Part shown: positions 60,301 through 64,000 of the stretch, piece after piece
Layout of the letters: every line of letters begins with the position of its first letter
Position numbering within the stretch: the stretch's first letter is position 1
Origin: Verrucomicrobiota bacterium
GTDB lineage: Bacteria > Verrucomicrobiota > Verrucomicrobiia > JAWXBN01 > JAWXCD01
DNA: 64,000 bases
Direction: 5' to 3'
NCBI GenBank assembly: GCA_034440535.1
Contig: JAWXCD010000125.1
Location: forward strand, 868 to 64,867
Notes under the pieces: model-generated
Told to the model about the DNA's origin: nothing
Seen by the model: only the letters and a program-made list of their open reading frames with translations
Databases searched by the model: none
Made by a program: the position numbers and the translations under genes

Positions 60301-62436
60301 GGAGACGGTGTGAGCGCAGGCACTTCAACGCTGCGTTACGAAGCGCTCAATAATCAGCTCAACGATTCAGTGGGTGTTACGGTTAATAACAATGGTTTAT
60401 TTAATTTAAACGGAATGACCGATACCATCGGATCACTGACGTTGTCGGGTGGATCGGTCCAAACATTGGCTGGAAAGTTGACCATGAATGGTTCTATCAC
60501 GAGTTTAAACAACTCAACGACCGCGTCTATCAATGGAAATTTGGGTTTGGGTGCTTCGACGAGAACCATTTATGTCGAAGACGGGTCTAATCCGAGCGAT
60601 TTACTCATCAACGGTCCTATTGATGGAGCAGGAGGAGTTCTGAAGACAGGGAGTGGAACCCTTACTTACGGAGGAACCACAGCCAACACATACACGGGAA
60701 TTACGACGGTCAGCAACGGTGTACTCAATCTTGCGAAAACAGGTCTCGTAAATGCATTGGGTGGTAACGTAATTGTGCATGGGAGTGCTGAGATGGTTGG
60801 TTCTGGAGCTATTGCGGGCCTAGCCACTAACAACGGCAATTTTAATCCCGGGTCCGCCTTATCAGCTGGTACATTTACTTTTGGATCAAACCTGTTCTTA
60901 ACGGCTGCTTCTACTTCGAGCTTCCAATTTTTCGGATTACCCTCTGGAAGTTTTGACAGCAACTTTGTAGCCGGGACGATGACTCCCGGTGGCGTCTTAA
61001 ATCTTGATTTCCAATATGATCCAACTCCCACTGACATGTTTGTGATCTATCAAAATGCAACTCTTGGATCGGGCTCTTTCACGGCAACAAATTGGCTGGG
61101 GAATGTTTATTCAGGGTCTGTGCTGCAGGTGGGTCAAAATATTGTGTTAAGCAACTTGATCTTGGCCAACTATGTGTGGGATGGCGAGGCCAATAATAAT
61201 CTGTTTAGTTCACCCACAAATTGGGTTGGCGATATAGTTCCACCTAACGATGGACGGGCTAAACTAATTTTCGGGGCCAATAACCTCAGAACAAATGCAA
61301 TTGCTGATACCCCTTGGTACGTGCGCGGGTTGGTGTTTAGTAATAATGTTCAATCCTACCTTCTCACGGGAAGCAACGTGACGATTGAAACAACCTCAGG
61401 AAGCGCTTATGGAATTGTTCAGAATAATCAGAATCTGATGACCATCAGCAATAATATCATTCTTGAAACATCGCAGTCTTGGAGTGCGCGAAGGGGTGAT
61501 TTGTCGCTTGGCGGAACGACAAGGCTGGGTACGAACACCTTGATCCTTGAAGGCGGAAGTAACTTTATTTACAGGGCTGGGAGCCGACTTGAGCTCTCTA
61601 ATGGCACAGTCAATGTCAACGCAGGTCTCATCCTTAATGGATCTGGTCCTGATGGAAATGGGGTTTTACGTAGTTCGGGTGGAAATAGTGCAATCACGGG
61701 CGGAATAAGCTTTGCCTCGGCTTCAACCATAGGAGTGGACGCTGGAACTTTGACTCATACGGGGTCGATCAATGGGGGTGGAAATAATATTACGAAAGTT
61801 GGAGCGGGTACGCTTACTTTAACGGGTCCGGGAACAAACTCGAACATTCCTAACTTTTTTGCGAATGGGGGAACGGTTGAACTTAATAAGGCTCCGGGCG
61901 TGACTGCTATTCCTGGAAACCTCTCTATCAGTAACGCGACAGTAAGCCTTCTCACTTCGAATCAGATAGCGGATACGGCTGCTATTTCTTTCCAAAATGA
62001 CGCCATACTTAAACTCAATGGAAATAGTGAGACGGTCGGCAATGTAACAAATTTCGGCACTTCGGGCGTTGTTTTTGATTTTGGGAGCTCATCGTTTAAC
62101 ACACTTTTTAAAGCGGGTCTTCTTAACTTGGGTGCAGGCGGTACAAATCAATTTAGTGTGTATAACTGGAGTGGAACGGCTTTCACCCTTGGGGGTGCTG
62201 ACCAATTTATCCTCTCGAATAACTTGGGCGTGCTCACGAACATAATCTCCTTTTATAGTGATTCTGGCATCACCTTGTTGGGCGATGGACGTGTGGCGAC
62301 GTATGGAATTTCAGGTGGGTTATTCGAACTAATTCCGATTCCAGAACCGCAAACATACGTGTTGATGGTCATTGGATTGATAATCATCGTTGCGGGCTAT
62401 CGCCGCAGGAAATCACTACAAGACAAAAAGTCCTAA
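54361..62436 (+). CDS. Giant PEP-CTERM surface protein with autotransporter-associated beta-strand repeats
   Basis: Signal peptide; many LxKxGxGTLxLxxxNTYTGxTxVxxGxL repeats; C-terminal IPEP + TM + RRRK; no beta-barrel translocator. Confidence 0.92.
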   Translation: MLVEFRNITFKIFLFFAFMSTAELCRAQTVWTNGAGTTWGTAGNWNSGIPGATSAAYFTNFFTNTTITIDVGANRTFDSLIFSGTNAYTFNNNRFRLQATTSTGIVQNSSADVTVNSTIRFDASKTFTGNGAGLLSLNGIVSQNGGPWSFTKDGTFSLYLGAANTFSGGFIHNGGAVIAGNNAAFGASAGTLTINGGGTSVVSANATRTVANNLAVNTNVMFVLTNGNDFTFSSGTVSGAAGSVVTVTNTGATPSTLGFSGNGFTYNGNFQLLANTELGLQNGAGTQTFAGLVYGAGSTLKSGGGTSILSVSNAYTGGTIIQAGELIGANVNALGGRDVTFNTAAGILGVRGGNLTLSNLTATSAATLQINEAAATALNRSIDIYGTISGAGGVTVGDGVNTTGVLTLNLLNTNATHTAAINLDGGTAARPGVLQMSHASGTQTLSGIISGAGGTVLQSNTGTTILSGINTYGGGTIISNGVLVATGNNSAMGSGNVTLAGGTNRIQSLNAVANNFNFNGGVLQAVAGSSPVGLFGVITMNSNGVIITDTNITLGNAANELTGSGMLIKEGAEKLILGFANNNSGGIQVNAGTLEANNAAAMGSGTLTMNGGTLTANGSYTYANALNVLTNSYLVATNGNSYTFSSGSISGQLGATFYFTNTGAGTSSLNLTGNGFDYQGGLFLSGPNSTKLSFQNAAGSQTFSGHIYGSGSVERITAGGTTVFAGDNTYTGGTLIQAGTLETQIGDTLWSSLGSGVVTLNGGNWRATTRPQYYSNSIVVQNPAVSYLIADTNLILAGQITGTGTLNKSGLGLVTMSNLAMSGGTLNIGYSTTSGGPVLLTGPNAGLAAAINVGSGVGNSGTSTLRIANASALGAGAVTINGDNANDRSMLYLDNNILVNKAITINTLAQGNQSDGVAGLGSWSGTNTYNGTITLNGNAVAYNVVNFDVQANSTLILGTAATAARFALPADRYFPLAKIGAGTLIISNVNYTFANANSYNWWQFREGTLETVSQQSNLTNGLGNIYPDFLGGTWRISTINQTYGVNTWGSGWHDIAGQNSKIEVMTNIYLGLQERFQLEGATTNVGEIVSITGDGYSKYWRATAAGGWMPTVGAAGRIALVSGILEGSTNMGSGTETNGDALVSARFRLQGGTIALGQDYFPEDIILAVGGGTIMMSEDANTNGIANRINYIREIGWDNNAVGLAASAVYDDSYGSGSEIHGGPLTFNIADVNDSLVLTNNPLINGDGNVAVIRGSNTTVTVTGNGTLVMAGTGTNTYMGNTYVNGGTLALNKPTGINAFRTNLIISNGTAILWNGNQIADTALVEVHNQGTFNYSNFTETVGGLRMSGGTITGGTGVLTLNGNVVGLSSTNTPSIYGNLNLGGTSRTFTIDGNMNVGAVITNGGLIKEGTGVLNFIGSNANTYTGQTVINAGTLDLRNPSGVVGIAGSVLINSNGTLSGLSSRVAGLVTNYGTLSPGGASGVGTMTFDTNLVLMNSSTSLFNFLSTTSFDSNYVSGVLIIQPNAALNLDFSYDPTPTDSFAIFQVGSSNISGLFTNINFLGSALSGQFVTNANGSVVISNVIAANYVWDSGASDNNWSSRTNWFGDNTPVNDGRAKLIFATNSIRSTPFVDTNWFVRSLLFTNNINSFTMSGSNILIKGQLGTGIVQNAANAQRINNSVTLATNQLWLAGGGDLVLGGVVDTAGFNFTLAGISNFIFTNGSSLVLSNNSLHNRAGSLVINGTGSNGTGVLRSLGGNSVVTGNVSLLGLAGIGVDSGMLLMSNTINGAGDLVKVGAGTLNLLGANTYSGSTTVSNGTLLVGSAQALGSANTNAATGTRVISGGTLSLSNNITITGELLTLAGNGVGGTNGALNNLSGNNRFNSPLVLSGNTLIVSTTNTLSLGTNGTTFEVSNAGNTLTLNGAGDIRFNSSVSGTGGLIKNGTGTSTLAGASNSFTGDTYVYGGVLVLNTSNSHPGNVIIGDGVSAGTSTLRYEALNNQLNDSVGVTVNNNGLFNLNGMTDTIGSLTLSGGSVQTLAGKLTMNGSITSLNNSTTASINGNLGLGASTRTIYVEDGSNPSDLLINGPIDGAGGVLKTGSGTLTYGGTTANTYTGITTVSNGVLNLAKTGLVNALGGNVIVHGSAEMVGSGAIAGLATNNGNFNPGSALSAGTFTFGSNLFLTAASTSSFQFFGLPSGSFDSNFVAGTMTPGGVLNLDFQYDPTPTDMFVIYQNATLGSGSFTATNWLGNVYSGSVLQVGQNIVLSNLILANYVWDGEANNNLFSSPTNWVGDIVPPNDGRAKLIFGANNLRTNAIADTPWYVRGLVFSNNVQSYLLTGSNVTIETTSGSAYGIVQNNQNLMTISNNIILETSQSWSARRGDLSLGGTTRLGTNTLILEGGSNFIYRAGSRLELSNGTVNVNAGLILNGSGPDGNGVLRSSGGNSAITGGISFASASTIGVDAGTLTHTGSINGGGNNITKVGAGTLTLTGPGTNSNIPNFFANGGTVELNKAPGVTAIPGNLSISNATVSLLTSNQIADTAAISFQNDAILKLNGNSETVGNVTNFGTSGVVFDFGSSSFNTLFKAGLLNLGAGGTNQFSVYNWSGTAFTLGGADQFILSNNLGVLTNIISFYSDSGITLLGDGRVATYGISGGLFELIPIPEPQTYVLMVIGLIIIVAGYRRRKSLQDKKS

Positions 62437-62528
62437 TCATTAGCTGATTTTTGCACTCTCCGCCTTAATGCTCAACACACCGGGTTTTGAGCCCTATTAA
62501 GCGATGGTAGGAAATGAACTTTTAAAAG

Positions 62529-63638
62529 TTAATCAACCTGACCTTGGCGCATTCCAGCTGGAACGGCTTTAGGACGAGGACAAGTGGATTTAATTTCAAT
62601 ATGGCGACCTTGTTCAGAGGCTTCAAGGATCGATTGCATAACGTCTAATGCATGGAACCCGAGTTCGTTTGCCATGCGCGGAGTCCGTTTTAAATGAATA
62701 GCTGCTGCCATATCTGCCACTCCAAACCCCCTAAACCCGCAGTCAGCATGCAAATGCGGTACGGAATGCCATCCATCCGTTCCTGGACGTGAAAGTTTTA
62801 CAACTCCGCCCGTGCCATTTGGGTCGGGAATAGACATTGATCCTCCTGTGCCATACAACTCAATATTGGGTAGGGTGGATCCCCAAACATCAAATGTCAT
62901 TAGCATGCTGATCACACACCCATTATGAAAATCTAGAACGGCAGAGATATGAGTCGGAGTTTCCACTTTCACCACTTTTCCGTGTTTTGGCTGACTCGTA
63001 ATGGTTCGCTCCGCAAAGGACGTTTGTGCTGAGGATGTAACCCGTTTCACAGGCCCAAGGAGGTTAATCAACGCGTTAATATAATAGGGACCCATGTCGA
63101 AAAGTGGGCCGCCCCCAACTTCATAATAAAACTCGGGTGAAGGGTGCCACGATTCATGCCCATGACATATCATGTTGCAGACGCCACCGATGGGTTGACC
63201 GATAAACCCGTCGTCGAGAAGTTTCCGAGCGAGTTGTTGGCCTGGGCCCATGTAGGTATCCGGCGCGCATCCTACAAAAAGATTTTTCAGCTTAGCAAGG
63301 TCTAGAACTTTCTGGCCTTCGTCCTTGTTTGTAGCAAAAGGCTTTTCGCAGTAGGCATGTTTTCCTGCGTTAAGTATCTGCATGTTCACTGGCGCATGGG
63401 CCTTTGGAATAGTGAGGTTAATCACGATTTGGATTTCCTTATCGGCCAGAAGCTCCTCAACTGAGCACGCCTTAGCAATCCCGTATTTTTCCGCAACACT
63501 CTTTGCGCGGGCGGTGTCGAGATCGGCACATGCAGAAACTTCGATGTTGGAATACAATTTTAACCCATCAAAATAAGCCCCACTGATTGCTCCCGTGCCA
63601 ATGATGCCCACTTTTGTCTTTGGTAATGATGTCGCCAT
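62529..63638 (-). CDS. Gfo/Idh/MocA-family oxidoreductase
   Basis: GIIGTGAIS, GKHAYCEKP and GGGPLFDMGPYY motifs. Confidence 0.93.
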   Translation of the reverse strand: MATSLPKTKVGIIGTGAISGAYFDGLKLYSNIEVSACADLDTARAKSVAEKYGIAKACSVEELLADKEIQIVINLTIPKAHAPVNMQILNAGKHAYCEKPFATNKDEGQKVLDLAKLKNLFVGCAPDTYMGPGQQLARKLLDDGFIGQPIGGVCNMICHGHESWHPSPEFYYEVGGGPLFDMGPYYINALINLLGPVKRVTSSAQTSFAERTITSQPKHGKVVKVETPTHISAVLDFHNGCVISMLMTFDVWGSTLPNIELYGTGGSMSIPDPNGTGGVVKLSRPGTDGWHSVPHLHADCGFRGFGVADMAAAIHLKRTPRMANELGFHALDVMQSILEASEQGRHIEIKSTCPRPKAVPAGMRQGQVD

Positions 63639-63727
63639 AAAAGCCTGATTAATCGTTCCCCCAGCTATCGCAACACTATTTTTAGACGTATGGCCCCCAA
63701 CCGGAGTGCCCCAAAGCGTTGGAAAGC

Positions 63728-63775
63728 CAATCCTGGTTATGTTCTAAAAGACCACACACAATCCTGGTTATGTTC
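63728..63775. repeat. Perfect 17-bp direct repeat (caatcctggttatgttc) with a 31-bp period
   Basis: Copies at 63728-63744 and 63759-63775, upstream of the Gfo/Idh/MocA gene. Confidence 0.7.
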
Positions 63776-64000
63776 CCTTTTTCCCAAGTCTTCGCGCCTT
63801 CGCGTGAGCTTATGATATCCAAGATTATTTCTCGAGAAACTTGCTCATTCTCGCTGCTAAGTTCTTAACGCTGGACAAAACTAGGGACTGAGGTGCAACG
63901 CTTTTTTGGACCAGGTTATGGGTTATTTATCGATTGAATCTGAGCTTCGAATTGGTGCAGTGTTTTATATCTGATAGATGAGTGTTTGCGGTGAGTGTTG

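Noticed and set aside
54786-61955. Many antisense ORFs inside the giant gene (and similar shadow ORFs in other genes)
   Set aside because: They are explained by the codon bias of the sense-strand genes and carry no independent motifs.
54361-62436. Classical autotransporter call
   Set aside because: No C-terminal beta-barrel; the protein ends in a PEP-CTERM sorting signal.
63728-63775. CRISPR array
   Set aside because: Only two 17-bp units with a 14-bp spacer, and no cas genes.

Overview
Bacterial chromosomal window, most likely from a Verrucomicrobiota-like (PVC superphylum) organism. This is an inference from the giant PEP-CTERM/autotransporter-repeat protein, the RRM protein, the MoxR-VWA-BatA operon and the short intergenic repeat families. 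Housekeeping genes include fabI, secA, hemL, infA, parA/soj, a phoB/phoR-like pair, galM, a UbiD-family decarboxylase, an Hsp70 paralog, a nitrite/sulfite reductase and tRNA-Cys. Accessory elements: (i) a first 1.5 kb holding a truncated REP-associated (Y1/RAYT) transposase with REP-like repeats, a solitary integron attC-like site and a cassette-like gene; (ii) a ~13.7-kb tightly coupled operon joining an Fe(III)-type ABC importer and an NHL lipoprotein to a VWA/MoxR/DUF58/BatA/ABC module; (iii) a single polypeptide fusing a MocD-like desaturase, a Rieske ferredoxin and an NqrF-like flavin reductase, next to an uncharacterised glycosidase-like gene and galM; (iv) a decayed PAS hybrid-kinase island beside tRNA-Cys; (v) a structured 5' leader upstream of the RRM gene; (vi) an RsbW-GAF-PP2C fusion with its STAS partner; (vii) a decayed zone at 47.8-50 kb, an orphan MglA GTPase and a fold-back-enclosed small ORF; (viii) an 8-kb PEP-CTERM surface protein with an internal module duplication. 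All calls come from reading the sequence and recognising motifs; no searches were run.
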